DNA from: Eledone cirrhosa
Taxonomy: Eukaryota
Assembly: GCA_964016885.1 (NCBI GenBank)
Contig: OZ024743.1
Location: 357,368,001 to 357,432,000, forward strand
Length of the DNA: 64,000 nucleotides
Reading direction: 5' to 3'
How positions within the stretch are numbered: position 1 is the stretch's first letter; each line of letters begins with the position of its first letter. The position numbers and the translations under genes were made by a program. Of this stretch, positions 39,105-52,580 are shown one piece after another. The notes under the pieces are model-generated. The model worked only from the letters and a program-made list of their open reading frames with translations. It had not been told where the DNA came from and ran no database searches.

Positions 39105-39321
39105 TAGGCTGGACCAAAAGTCAATTCCTATTAAAAAAATATTCATTATCTTTTTTTATTATTATTAAAATATTATATATTTTTTTCTTTCAGATTAAAG
39201 TTGAATAAAAACGAGAACCAATTATGGAAAAATACACCCTCCAAGAAAAATTAGTTTTGAGTTAATTTGTAATGTTTTATTAATAGATATAAGTAAGAAG
39301 TAACTTTTGGCCCACCCTGTA
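39105..39321. mobile_element. Tc1/mariner-like MITE
   Basis: Imperfect TIRs tataggctggaccaaaagt / acttttggcccaccctgta with TA flanks and an AT-rich interior. Confidence 0.6.
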
Positions 39322-40399
39322 TATTTAACAAAACATGTAAAACAAAAAGACTGTTCTCCACATATACAAATGTATGAATATATATATTCTATAGACAGCA
39401 CTGCAGGACATTTCTTTCATCAACTGTCAGTTGGAGATTTTAATGATTTCAGCGTCATCCGACAGTATCACTCCCTTCAGCGGTGCCGAGCAGCCTTGAT
39501 ACTATTAGGGAATATCTGGGATTTATGTTCCACTCTGTAGCACGGTTTTCTTCGTTATCCCTGTCCCTATCACTAGAATCGTGATGCTGATAAAGCCAGT
39601 TCTATCATTCAGTCATTCAGGCATTATGACGCTGAGGGTTTGCTCTTTTATCTAATTGGTCTCAGCTCTGGTATTTCACTTAAATATTTTTGTCATATCC
39701 ACACTGAAGCTCTTTTTGCTTCCCTCTCCCAATTTTTAAATTATCTCTCTACACTCTTTTTCCAGTCTGGACATTGTGGCTCTAGTCACAAATTCACAAC
39801 ATCCCAAAGCACTGTACACCACCAGCCTTAATTATAACACGACTCCTTCGTTCTTCCTATTTGATGTACTTTCTTTCATGAACCCACTCCATATTGCTTT
39901 CCTAAGGCAGTTGAACAATCAATAACTTGGGCATACTAGCTCTTCCGTCAGATAAATCTATACTTTCCAATCATTGGTGCCTTCTAGGAGTCTGAGTACC
40001 AACATCTCTTTTTTCTTCGCATGTGTTGTCCTTTCTCACGATATTTATGCAAGACAACAAGATGCAGCCCCTGCGTTGATATTTGTGTTTGCATTAACAA
40101 TGCTGGATTGGTTTTGTAACGTATTATCAAGGACGTTCATGTTTTGGTTACCCAACGAAGTGTACTCTGCCAGGAATGGTTTACATGCTGTCAAGACATG
40201 TACGTGCACACACACACGCACGCTCACACACACACACGCACACGCACACGCACACACACACACACACACCACAACACACACACATTCGCCAGTCTCTATT
40301 ACTCTAATTCTCTATTACGCGTTCCAGCCGACAGCCTGAGGCCATGCTGGGGCACTGCCATTGACGCTACACTTTCCTCAGCCAGCTTTGCTTGGGTTG

Positions 40400-41520
40400 G
40401 CCATTGATGCAAAAAGGAGTTTATTGCTGTCGTCTTTATTTGCACTTCGCCTCATGCCGTGGGTTCATCCGGGATCTTGTTCAGCAGGGTGTCGAGATGT
40501 CTCTTGATAACAATTACATACACACCATGTAGAAACCTCAGGTTTTTTTTTTTTTTGCTAGCTTAACGAGATGGGGTCCTTTGAACGCCAGGCTATTGCT
40601 GTTTGTGGTCCTTATTCTTAACGCGACAGACGGGATCTTTGGCAGTACACTGTGGTGTCGTGTTCATGGACTGGTCCTGCTTCTAATGTTGAGGTATGGT
40701 ACTAACCTTTTCAGGAATCTTCCATACGTATATCACTGCGTATCTCTCCCGTCTTCGCTCCAGGGAGTAAAGCTTTAGTTATTTCAGTCTTTCCCAGTGG
40801 ATTATCACTTTCATTGAGACAATCCTCTTGGTGTAACTTCATTGGATTGCTTCAAGTTCTGCAGTTAGTTTGACACTATGGGGCGACCACAGCCGAAAGC
40901 AATAGTCTAGTCGGCTGAGGACGAATGTCTTCCAGAGGACCAACATGGTTTCCGGGTTTCTTGTCCTAAATATCCTCAGAATCCAACCCGCCATTCGTCT
41001 GCACATTGCCGTCATTTTAGTGATGTGTGCATGAAACGATGCATCATTGCTCATGTCAATACCCAGATCCCCTATTGATTTTGAATCGAGGATTTTGATT
41101 CCGCCTGGTTCAGTGTACCTTTGTTGTGGTGGTCCTATGTTTGTGGGTTGATAGCGGAGGGCTTAAAACTTACCTGCATTAAATTGTATATTGTTGTCTT
41201 CAGTTCATACGTATATGGCATCGAAATCTTGTAAGAGAATAGCATCAACCGGTTTCTTGATTGCCTGTGCTACTTTCTTGTTTGAGAGAGCCACCACAAA
41301 CAGTAGTGGTCCCAAGACTGTTCCCATCGGTACGCTGCCTGTTATTGTCGTTTCCTTTGTGAGGGCACTGTTGGCTGCAATAGTCTGTCTTCTGTCTTTT
41401 AATAAGTCATCAAACTATTCATCTAGTTTTCCGGCTATGCCAAAGCTACGTAGTTTGTGAGATATCATTCTATGATTGACCTTGTCGAAGGCCTTTGCAA
41501 AGTCGAGATATATCATCCAT
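40400..41520 (-). mobile_element. CR1-like LINE 3' fragment (RT), decayed
   Basis: YLDFAKAFDKVNH, GTVLGPLLF, GWILRIFRTR..LWKTFVLSRLDYC..LWSPH, YSLERRRE. Confidence 0.8.
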
Positions 41521-41777
41521 GTTCGGACGGTCTAGCACAGAGGTTCTCAAACGATTTGGGCCACACCCACGCCCCTCTCACAGCTACGTAATATCCTCAG
41601 CACCCCACCCTATTTTGTCTTCAATTTGCAAAGCTGTCTAAACGTAATGTTATAACTCTAAGGTAAAATACCTTATTGAGTTCTTAGCTGCACATTCCGT
41701 TTACATTCGTTAGCTTAGCTGCAGCCAGAGTTTCGATTATGCTGTACTTCCATTTGTATATATATATATATATATAT

Positions 41778-41980
41778 AGGAACCAGTAAGACCCCGACGG
41801 CTGAGCTCAAGCCGTTTCGACAGCTAATTCTGGACTAAAAAGTCCAGAATTAGCTGTCGAAACGGCTTGAGCTCAGCCGTCGGGGTCTTACTGGTTCCTA
41901 TTACCCACTCTACTACCCCAAGTATTGAGTACTTTGGTGCGTTATGGTCCACCTGGTTCCTTACCACATTTCCTTCGTTA
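41778..41980. mobile_element. Half-hammerhead short element with a perfect ~60 bp-arm fold-back
   Basis: Palindrome centred on ggactaaaaagtcc near 41839; (TA)n on both sides. Confidence 0.85.
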
Positions 41981-41994
41981 TATATATATATATA

Positions 41995-42172
41995 TATTTA
42001 TTCCTAACGATCGACTTTCGTCAAATCGGACCGAGGAAACAGTGTTTCCATTGGTCTTTCCAATTGCTAATACTATCTATCGGTCGCAACTCCAGGTAGA
42101 AGGAGCAACGTGAAATAAAGTGTCTTGCTCAAGGACATAACGCATCGCCCGGTCCAGGAATCGAACTCACAA
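41995..42172 (-). mobile_element. SINE type 2 variant with the same tail as 24768
   Basis: Reverse-complement match to 24815-24985. Confidence 0.75.
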
Positions 42173-42265
42173 CATATATATATATATATATATATGGAGA
42201 GAGACAGTGGGAAAGAGATAAAGAGAGAGGGAGGTGTAAAAGAAACTGGACACGCATACACACAA

Positions 42266-42339
<74 letters not shown>

Positions 42340-42629
42340 ACACAGTGACATGTCGACCGTCCAGTTTTTGCCATCATCTGAACAATACAAGGAGTCAAGT
42401 ACCAATTGAGTGTCCTGACACAGCAGCAGTCTATTAATGGATAGACCTTTGCAACTGGTCAACTGACTGACCACTGGAAAGAGGAAGGAGAGACAGAAGA
42501 TAGGTTTAGAAAAATAGAAGAAGTATGTGTTTGTGTGTGTGTGGAGGGGCTTATATATAAAAAAAGGACAGCTTTATTCTATCACCTTGGCAACATGTCA
42601 TCATGCGTGAATATTATCAAGAAAAGCAG

Positions 42630-42699
<70 letters not shown>

Positions 42700-42854
42700 C
42701 CCCCCACACAGTCGTGCGGCCCACACATACATACGCATACACTCACGTACAAACCTCAAGAAAAAAATAATAATGGCAGTAACGTATTTAATAATAACAA
42801 TAACAACAGCAGTAATAACAATAACAACAGCAGTAATAACAGTAACAACATCAA

Positions 42855-43063
42855 TAATTGTTGCTACTTTAGGCACAAGGCCAGCAATTTGAAGGGGAGG
42901 AGAAAGTCGATTAAATTGACCCCAGTACTTACTGGTGCTTTATTTTATCGACCCCGAAAGGACGAAGCTATTCTCAGCGGGATTTGAACTCAGAACGTAA
43001 AGGGTCGTAACTCTCTGCCGTGAAGCAGGATGTCTGACGCTCTACCGATACTGCCAATCCACT
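42855..43063 (-). mobile_element. SINE type 1
   Basis: Reverse-complement homology. Confidence 0.8.
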
Positions 43064-43096
43064 GTCCTTAACAACATCAATAATAATAATAATTAT

Positions 43097-43915
43097 TATT
43101 TCTTCATTGGCCACAAGGGTCGACACATAGGGGACATTACAATGAATAAGGATAATGGAGTTTCGCAGAAAAATCGAGTACAAAACGGATATAGCAATAA
43201 CTAATACAATTATAACAATGAACATTTCCCAATAGGTAGGAAGCACCGCTCAAGGGTAACTTGGGAACCCCATCAATCCTAAACGACCCTATCTCCAAGA
43301 ACACGCTAGGAAGGTGTCCCTCTCCTCTCGAAACTAGCCAGCCTACAGGCGCATGGTCAGAGTAGACTTTCTCACAGGCCATCCTCGTTGCATTCACCCA
43401 TCTTTTAACAAATGTACTGGAGGCAGCACTTCCCTCTTGAAAAAGTTGATTAAGGATTGGCCGAAGAAGAATGTGTCTGTCTTCAGTCCTTTCAGCCACC
43501 GCCCCCAGTAGCAAAGCCAAGCCAGGGTTTTCTGGAAGCTGCTCTTAATGCCCGTCTCGAAAGTCCTCCAGATCACATTGGTCAATTCGATTTCGTCACC
43601 GCCCAGAGCCTCTCCGAAAACGTCGTCGTACTTGCCCCCCTCCCCACTAGTCCTCTATAGAACTTTAGAGGGGATTGTCCACTGACCTTATTGCCCGATT
43701 GGTGGAGGGAAGTGAGCGCCTGGAAACATTCCAAATGCCATGTGCTGAGTCTCGGTCTTCGCTTAAACCATTTCTGAAGCTCAGCCAAAGAGTCGAGGGG
43801 CGGAAAGACCTGTCTCACAAACGATGACCACGCCTGTTCACCGTTTAGGAATATCTGAAAATTGCGTAGCCTCAGCGTAAGTTTGTGCATCATCAGCCAC
43901 AGCATGTCCGGCCCT
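43097..43915 (-). mobile_element. Tx1 3' fragment (copy 3) ending at (ATT)n
   Basis: WLMMHKLTLRLR..ELQKWFKRRPR..FYRGLV matches the ORF2 C-terminus; 3' end cccttgtggccaatgaag. Confidence 0.85.
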
Positions 43916-43959
43916 CCGGTTTGTATCATACAATCTGGGGCTCTTTCTCTCGGTTTTGC

Positions 43960-44194
43960 ATCAGAAGGGTTAATATTTGAATCTCTCGGCCGGATCACAG
44001 ATTTTTCAGGGTAGATCCCAAGCAAGATGGCTGGATAACATCCATGAGGTTGGCTGGTCTCGTTTGGGGGTCCAGCCGGATCAGTTGGAGACGGTTGCTT
44101 CTGACAGGACCCGCTGGAAGGAATGTTTGAGGACTCTACCCCAACGACCCTCTCAAGAAGAAGAAGAAGAAGAAGAAGAAGAAGAAGAAGAAAG

Positions 44195-44226
<32 letters not shown>

Positions 44227-44240
44227 GAAGAAGAAGAATC
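43960..44240 (+). mobile_element. RTE-like LINE 3' end followed by (GAA)n
   Basis: GRSQARWLDNI..LETVASDRTRWK resembles an RTE-type C-terminus. Confidence 0.6.
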
Positions 44241-44689
44241 AATTCAAAAGAAGCGTTATATTATTTCATTTCATTCTTTTATTGGCTTCAGGAATTAGAT
44301 TGCGGCCAGGCCGAGGCATGGCTTTCGGGTGTTTAATGGATCATGTCGATTCTAGTACATATTTCTTATCCTAGTCCTTATTAAATTGATCTAATTTGTC
44401 AAATACAGTAAACACATACACATGTATACATACACCCACTCACACATACACACACATTGATTTCTCCAAAATGACTGACTAAACATGTGCTTTTTCTCCA
44501 TTTTGTTTTCCTTTCCTTCCCCTTCTCACGCTCTATCTTTCTATTTTATTTTTTACTGCTTATTCTATATTCTGATGAATGAGTAATGTCAGAAACGCAA
44601 AGACTCTTTTCCTACTATATTCATCGTTGTACTGTGTTTTCTTCGTTGTACTGTGTTTTCTTATTTCTTGTTTTTGTTTACTTATCGCA

Positions 44690-44762
<73 letters not shown>

Positions 44763-44863
44763 ACACACACACATATATATATTAATTAGGTCTTTAAGTA
44801 TGAAATATCTGATTTCCTTAAGCACTTCCAATTAGAAATCAGACATTTCATACTTAATGATGT

Positions 44864-44967
<104 letters not shown>

Positions 44968-45956
44968 ATACTAGCAGCAGGAGCCGGCGTTGCACGGGGC
45001 AGGAAACGTGAAATAGCAACAGGCATATGCAAAGATTGAGGAATGTAGCTGTGTACTTTTTGAATTCCCTTATTCTCAGGGAATGATTGTTCGAGCACAG
45101 CTAAAGCAACGCGGAAAATTGCGGTAGGTATCTATGGATTAATAATCAGCACGAACATGGTTAAAGGGAAGAGCACTGATTAAGCTGTTTTAAGTGTGGT
45201 AAAGAGATGACAATTTTAAAGGTAGTAAAAGTATGCCAATTCTAGTACTTTTACTACTGCTGTAACTGGCAAAGTAGGTAGAATTAATGCCCCACAACGT
45301 ATACAACGCCACGAAAACTAAAAGTTGGCGTAAATGAAGTGCTAGGCCATTGAAAGGCGTCGTAGTCAATGCAATTGCTTAAAACTGGTGAAAAAAGTAT
45401 AGTGTACGTACCAACTTTCTGTGGAATGAGTGGAGGATTGATCTCGAGCAGGGATACCAGTAGTAGCAGTGTCAGTGGGCTGATTGCGGAAATACTGTAT
45501 GCGAAAGAACTAAGTAAGTGTTGTGGGGCGATGTATGTCGTAAGTCTGTTCACGAATTATGTCATGGATGGGAAACACACGTCAGTCTGAAGGAGCGACG
45601 TAGTCATTTGTGTGAAAACCAAGTAGGGATGTACGTTTAAGTAGGGATATTGAGATGACGAAATCAGCGTGGGAACGCAGCTGCAGCAGTAAAGACAGTG
45701 AAGACGTCGAAGTGCCGCCAGCAGTTTAAGCATACGACCCTTTACCTACTACAGTAGTAATTCCGACCTAAGAAACAAATTTGATTGACAGGTGGAGAAT
45801 GAAAAGAACCAAATAGTGGACAACCATGAGTGGCTAGAAATACCGGTGACGTGTACAATTCTTGACCACTCATAGAATGATAACAACAGGATCTAAGCCG
45901 ACAAGCGAAGTATATCGATGTAAAATGACATAGGAAAATCTGCTTCATAGAATCAA

Positions 45957-46052
45957 GACGTATCTGAGGGCCTTGCAATTTTCAAAGTCAGGTTCGATCA
46001 TCACATCGATCGTGCCTCGAGCTGGTCGCCAGAGAAACAATTGTAATATGTC
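45957..46052 (+). ncRNA. Hammerhead with extended stem II region (A9 mutated to G)
   Basis: GACGUAU-CUGAGGG-(~63 nt)-GAAAC-AAUU-GUA/AUAUGUC; 7-bp stem I, then AAUAAA. Confidence 0.7.
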
Positions 46053-46097
46053 CAATAAATTCCATTCGTCGCAACACTGATTCTCTTTTTTTCTGTG

Positions 46098-46163
<66 letters not shown>

Positions 46164-46246
46164 GTGTGTATAATGGTAGCTATGGTGCTTCCATAGGCGG
46201 TGTGCCAAAATTAGCACTTAATATTCTTACAGAGCAGAGGTGTGAA

Positions 46247-46552
46247 TAGTATAAAAAAATGAAAAATCAGTGATGCATCTGGACTGAGTTTATTGCGTGT
46301 TACAATTGTTTCGCCGGCAGGTAGCTCGAGGCATGATCACTGTATGGATCTGGCTGATTCTACGGCTGTAGGTTCCTTCGGACACATGCAATTCTTTCGG
46401 AGCAAATTTTCTCACTGGGGTGTTATCATCAAAACACACCTTCAGCCAGATCCATACAGTGATCATGTCTCGAGCTACCTGCCGGCGAAACAATTGTAAC
46501 ACGCAATAAACTGAGTCCAGGTGCATCACTGATTTTTCGTTTTTTTATACTA
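46247..46552. repeat. Fold-back with ~110 bp arms, each carrying a hammerhead 3' half and AATAAA
   Basis: ccggcGAAACaattGTAacacgcAATAAA on both strands; the minus strand has gtgtgt-T-TTGATGA upstream. Confidence 0.8.
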
Positions 46553-46718
46553 TATATATATATGCTTGTGGCTTGTGTATCTATATATAAGATCATGTGT
46601 CCTTGACCAAGACATTATATTTCATGCTGCTCCAGACCACTCACCTGGCAAAAATGAGTTGTCAGGCTGACCCTCCTTAAGAATTACGTTAATGAACACT
46701 TGTCTGTGGAATGGTCAG

Positions 46719-46757
46719 CTACTTGCACGTTAATTTCATGAATAGGCTGTTCCGTTG

Positions 46758-46851
<94 letters not shown>

Positions 46852-46889
46852 CAACGGAACAGCCTATTCATGAAATTAACGTGCAAGTA
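46719..46889. repeat. Palindrome centred on (TA)n, with arms from a SINE tail
   Basis: tacttgcacgttaatttcatgaataggctgttccgttgatcga, then (TA)n, then its exact reverse complement. Confidence 0.9.
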
Positions 46890-47056
46890 TTTCAGTAAAT
46901 TCTGTGGATGAATTTATATCCTGATTCTCTTTTGAGATGAGTTTGAATTATTTTTCCTACATCTTACGTTAACTATTTTTCCCATTTTGACGCTATAGTC
47001 GCATATATGTTATGGCATACTGTTAGCTTCTCGCTACAACAATTTCTATACTTTTC

Positions 47057-47111
<55 letters not shown>

Positions 47112-47114
<3 letters not shown>

Positions 47115-47222
47115 CAAAGGAAGTGTGGTAAGGAACCAGGTGGACCATAACACACCAGAGTACGGATCTAGCTGTCGAAAAAGGCCGGAGCTCAGCCGTC
47201 GGGGTCCCGACTCTTTTGCTAT
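47112..47222. mobile_element. Half-hammerhead short element, internally inverted
   Basis: Head in one orientation joined to gctgtcgaaaaaggccggagctcagccGTCgggg in the other. Confidence 0.7.
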
Positions 47223-47523
47223 ACACATATATATATTCTCTCGCACGCTCGGCCAAGCTGGTATGAATCTTTTCTCTCTCTCGTCTACGATTTCACAGAA
47301 CTTATGTTTACTGAATTCGCAGACCAGACCCCTTCTTCCTCCCCTTAGACCTGTGCGAAATTCCTTCCTTGCTCACATTTCAACCAGGTTTGATGGTCTT
47401 TATTCTCTCGTTCACGATTTCACCGAATTTAAATTCATAGAAATCTGGGACTTGTCTCTTTCTTCCTCACTTTCTGTTGCTTCACCATTTTGTTTGTTTA
47501 CCCCCGCGTCCCCTTTATTTACG

Positions 47524-47627
47524 TGTTCCAACGACTTTTTTTAGACGTTGCTCGCACCAACCGGAGGTATATGGTCTTTAAAGCGATGAAATGCCTATGA
47601 TGGTTGGAAGATCACTGATGAAGGACA
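47524..47627 (+). ncRNA. Candidate non-circularly permuted hammerhead ribozyme
   Basis: AGGUAU-A/UGGUCUU ... GCGA-U-GAA-AUGCCU ... AAGAUCA-CUGAUGA-A-GGACA; stems I and III pair across strands. Confidence 0.72.
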
Positions 47628-48138
47628 AACTTTTTTCATATGTAACCCATTTGCAACTCCGCAGCGCCCTTATTATCATATTTACACATATTTTTTCCTC
47701 TGCTGCTACACGTCTTTTTCGTTCTATGTATCTTTACCCTTTCTAGCAGTCTCTCTCTCTGTTAGCCTCTTCCTCACCCTTCACTCACTCATTCTCTGTC
47801 ACTACCTCTCCTCCTCCTCTTTCTTCCCGTTTGACCTGTGTGTAATTCTTTTCTCTCGCACGCTCGGCGAAGCTGGTATGAATTTTTTCTCTCTCTCGTC
47901 TACGATTTCACAGAACTTATGTTTACCGAATTCGCAGACCAGACCCCTTCTTCCTCCCCTTAGACCTGTGCGAAATTCCTTCCTTGCTCACATTTCAACC
48001 AGGTTTGATGGTCTTTATTCTCTCGTTCACGATTTCACCGAATTTAAATTCATAGAAATCTGGGACTTGTCTCTTTCTTCCTCACTTTCTGTTGCTTCAC
48101 CATTTTGTTTGTTTACCCTCGCGTCCTCTTTATTTACG

Positions 48139-48242
48139 TGTTCCAACGACTTTTTTTAGACGTTGCTCGCACCAACCGGAGGTGTATGGTCTTTAAAGTG
48201 ATGAAATGCCTATGATGGTTGGAAGATCACTGATGAAGGACA
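48139..48242 (+). ncRNA. Candidate non-circularly permuted hammerhead (second tandem copy, GUA site)
   Basis: As 47524; the two substitutions retain pairing as G-U. Confidence 0.7.
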
Positions 48243-48289
48243 AACTTTTTTCATATGTAACCCATTTGCAACTCCGCAACGCCCTTATT

Positions 48290-48382
<93 letters not shown>

Positions 48383-48689
48383 GTGGTTGCATGTATGTAA
48401 AATATGGTGGTGTGAAGGGAGAAATGTAAATTTCTCTGAAAAATTAATGAGAAAAGAAAACGGTATAGAAAGACTAAAATGGATAAGATCGATCGTTTGT
48501 TAATTGTTTTTAAATTGTTGGTCATTATGACTTGGCTCGTGCTAGGGTGGCAGTCTAAATAACTCTACAGGGTAGGCTGGGGAAAGGATGTTTTCTGTTG
48601 TCATAGGTATTTATTTATGGGCAGCTGATTTTGCTGGGTAATTATACGCTTGTTGTCTCTGTAATAGAGCAGGGAGTCATTGTGTTATA

Positions 48690-48793
<104 letters not shown>

Positions 48794-49114
48794 TAAAGGG
48801 ATGGATAGATTGATAGACATACAGATAGACAGACAGATAGATAAATAGATAGATAGATAGATAGATAGATAGTCAGATAGATTGTGAACCCACGTGTTTT
48901 CAGGAAAATTAGTGTTTCATTGGTGTTTGACATATTGAATAGGGAACGATGCGCTAGAACGCGCATGTGGAAGAAGCAGGCTTTTTTTTTTCAAAGATAT
49001 AGACACATAGAGATGGGGGAGTGGTAACCCGATATATATATTTTTTTCTCTCGTCTGTCAACTAAAAACAGATATATATATATCAAAAATTAAATTGAGG
49101 GTGCCATTGTCCGA

Positions 49115-49264
<150 letters not shown>

Positions 49265-49374
49265 AATAATAAACGTGATGACTAAAATCCGAAGATGGCT
49301 CGATAAGAATAATAAATATATATATCAAATATATAAAAACCATAGAGCAAATATTTATTAAAATAACAGATTAA

Positions 49375-49425
49375 AGTTTAAGCAAAGTACCGCTGCTTTC
49401 ACCCTTAACGGGATCTTCTGAAACT
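49375..49425 (-). ncRNA. Type I hammerhead with U4 mutated to A
   Basis: AGUUU-CAGAAGA-U-CCC-GUUAA-GGG-U-GAA-AGCAG..UUGCU-U/AAACU, with AAUAAA downstream. Confidence 0.7.
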
Positions 49426-50439
49426 AAAAAAAAAATCAATCTGTAAGCGCAGAAGTAAATATTTCGAAAAACGTTGCTTTGGTTCGTGAAGACGTTCCCT
49501 GGCAATGAACAGAAAAAAGCGAAGATAATACGTCGTTATGTGGAGCGTTGAGAACAATTACACGCAGAGACAAAGCCACGTTCGTGGTATAAATGGAGTC
49601 ATTAGACTAATATTCTATTTAGGAAACCGAATGATTCTCAGCTTCGGAGTTAAGAATAAATGTGCTGAATGAAAATGACAGAGGTTATTAAAATCATAAA
49701 AGTAGTAATATTTAAGATTTATACAATTATATATATACATACACACATCGTATATACGTAGATCTGGGAAGCAGTATTTCAAATTCGAGTGATACCATTT
49801 GCAGCTGATTATTGACTTTACAATCTCATTCGTAACACTATGTGAAATAGAAAAGGCAAATACTAGAAACAAACGTAAATCTTGAGACCAAGGTTTTGTT
49901 AAGTATGTAAATGCTTTCTAGACGAACGAAAACACTGCAGCCAATATTCAAATCTTGGGTCGTCGATGACAGGTTTTTACTTGCATCTATAAATTCTTAT
50001 ATTTTCGAAACTAGATATATCCATATAAATGCATTGTTTAGTAAACTAAGAAACAGACTTAACATCGATGAACTTGATAACCTAAGCCTCGAACTCCCAA
50101 ATTGCCATCCTAATAGTCATACTATTGTTAGAGCTGATCAGGCACAACCGGCTCCTTAACAGCGTAAACTTCTTGAATTGAAAAATAATTGATCAAGTGT
50201 TCGCAACTCTTGTATGCTTTTATCTATCTATGCTTATTTATTTACCTCCGCTACGTTAGTAAGGTAAACTATGTGATCTTATTTTCTCTTAAATATTCTT
50301 GGTAATTTATCTTTTCTTATTATTGCGTATACTACACCTGGTGAAGTATAATTTGAAAAAAAAAAATTTGTAAATGAATTAGTTTTATCTGCAAGTTACA
50401 ATCCTATAATAATCAATTTCTATGCAGTGATCATTAAAG

Positions 50440-50645
50440 GCAATATCGATAGAGCGTCGGACAATATGCTTTACTGAATAGAGTTATGGCGCTTAACGTT
50501 CTGAATTCAAATTCAGCTGAGATTAGCTTTTCCGTTCATCCTTACGGGGGTTGATAAAATAAAGTACCAGTCACACACTGGATAGATTTAATCGACTTTC
50601 CCCTCCCCTCAATTGCTGGCCTTGTGCCTAAATCTCAAACCATTA
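50440..50645 (+). mobile_element. SINE type 1
   Basis: Conserved body and tail. Confidence 0.75.
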
Positions 50646-50851
50646 AATTGGAGCTAAAAACACATTTTGTATTAAAAAAATAATAATAATTTGTTTTAAA
50701 AAGCAAAGAAGGCTTTGTTGGAAGATTGAACTTATTTGGCAATCTTGAAGTTTAGTGGAGTTAATATAGAAACGTGTCTTTGTTTTAGATATTATGTTTA
50801 TATTAATGGAATCAATATATTATCATTTTTGTCAGTGTATAAGTACGTTAT

Positions 50852-51000
50852 AGGCAGCGAATTGGCAGAGTCATCAGAACGTCGGATAGAATGCTTTCCA
50901 GTGTTCGGCTCTCTGCTATCTGAGTTCAAATCCCATCGTGGTCAACTTTGCCTTTCATCCATTCATGGTCAATAAAAAGTACCAGTCGAGTACTGGGGGG
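50852..51000 (+). mobile_element. SINE type 1, diverged
   Basis: ttggcagagtc..gagttcaaatccc..gtcaactttgcctttcatcc. Confidence 0.7.
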
Positions 51001-51429
51001 GGGGTGATTCTGCCTCTATATCTTTTTCTCCCTTCCTTTCTCTCTATCTTTCTCTGGAAAAAATCTACTGTATTCAGACCTGGGGAGGAGATGGGCTCCA
51101 CCAGGTTTAAAAAAATGCTCTAGAAACGCCGTATGTTGATATGATGCCCCTACGATCCCCTCGGGAGTTACGGATCCATACCAAGTACGATATACCAACA
51201 TTTGGCATTGTTGGAAAACAAAGGGAGATAAGCTACTTTACAATGAGCTTTATATCGTTGTCAACTAATTTTCGTTAATTAATTTTTGACAACACTGTGA
51301 GGTAACTTATCTCTTTTTAATGTTTAGCAAAGAACAATGTAAATCTTTGAAAGATTCGAGTATTGTATTTTATCACTGATAATAGTTAGTTATTTAATGA
51401 CTCCATAACGTGTTTTATTATTTAAAATA

Positions 51430-51620
51430 GGTGTGGATTGGCAGTACCGGTAGAGGGTCGGGCGCCATGCTTTGACACATAGAGTTACGGCCCTTGCCAT
51501 TCTGAGTTCAAATCCCGCCGAGGTTAACTTTGCCTTTCATCCTTATGGGGTCGATAAAATAAAGTACCAGTAATACACTGATTAATTGCTGGCCTTGTGC
51601 CAAAAGTAGAAACAATTATT
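51430..51620 (+). mobile_element. SINE type 1
   Basis: Close match to 21386-21570. Confidence 0.85.
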
Positions 51621-52580
51621 TAAAATAGGTTATCATTGATGATAACCTATTTCTCGAAATATTCTCCAACCGATTTCCTCGAAATTTGCAGCACACATTA
51701 GTTACTCCCCTCGTATTGTTGTGGACAAAAGAAAATTCCGATTCCATTAATGGTTTCTAGGAAATTTACGAATTAGCATTGGGCATTACATGCTATTTTC
51801 ATTTTCAATATAAACGCTACTTAAACATCGTAAGCAGCGTATAATATTTCGTTAAAAATTTGGTTTATTTAACAGAGGACACAACACTTACTTACTTAAG
51901 CAGGGCCATTTTCGGGGGATTGAGGAAATGAGGTGGACCTTAAGATTTTTGTCGGCGTCCTGTTGACGCTTCGTTTCATCACGCGCAAATCTGGGGTACA
52001 CACCCGCAATTGTATTTTATGCGACGATCATCGTAAATAATGTTTGGAGGGAATTTTTAAATCAAATTAGAAAAATATTAGAAAAATATTAGAAAAATAT
52101 TTACAATAATGTTTCAAGAACACAGCCTCATAATACTTTAAAACATACATATTTCAAAAGGAAAAAGAAAAAAAACTCTGTACAAAGAACGTTTTTAAAT
52201 GAATGCTTGGAACAGCCTTTCAAAAAAAGTTATTTCGAAGGCATTTTTGGTAAATATACACATATCTACACTCACACACTGTACTCAAGGAAGCGTGTAC
52301 ATTTGAGACGCTGCACATATATACACAGATGAAAAAAAGAAAGATCTACACATAGGCATTCATACCCTCACACAGACATGTTCATACAACTACATCTATC
52401 CATTATTATATTATTTTATATTATTTTATTTTATGTACATACAGGCATTTTTCTATATATCTGTGCCACCCAAGTTATTTGTGATTAGCGCAAGGATACT
52501 ATGCGGCTATAACATTGCGCCCTCGATATGAGCGTGCGCGGGTACATGTATGTATGTGCGTCCACGCATATATGAATGAA

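Larger units (their letters stand above)
47236..48296 (+). mobile_element. Pyrimidine-rich non-coding tandem repeat, period 615 bp (~1.7 units), each unit with a permuted hammerhead
   Basis: 47236-47681 is nearly identical to 47851-48296; flanked by (TA)n. Confidence 0.9.

Noticed and set aside
44565-44605. CTGATGA-a-tga..tca-GAAACGCA hammerhead-like motif
   Set aside because: No stem I and no UH site.
47529-47580. Group I intron R/S-like strings (CAACGACU, GGUAUAUGGUC)
   Set aside because: Not conserved in the other two families; the permuted hammerhead explains the conservation better.
49430-50160. Possible PLE coding remnants (VVDDRFLL) upstream of the 49375 hammerhead
   Set aside because: Motifs are too weak and the orientation is inconsistent; this needs a TBLASTN or HMM search.
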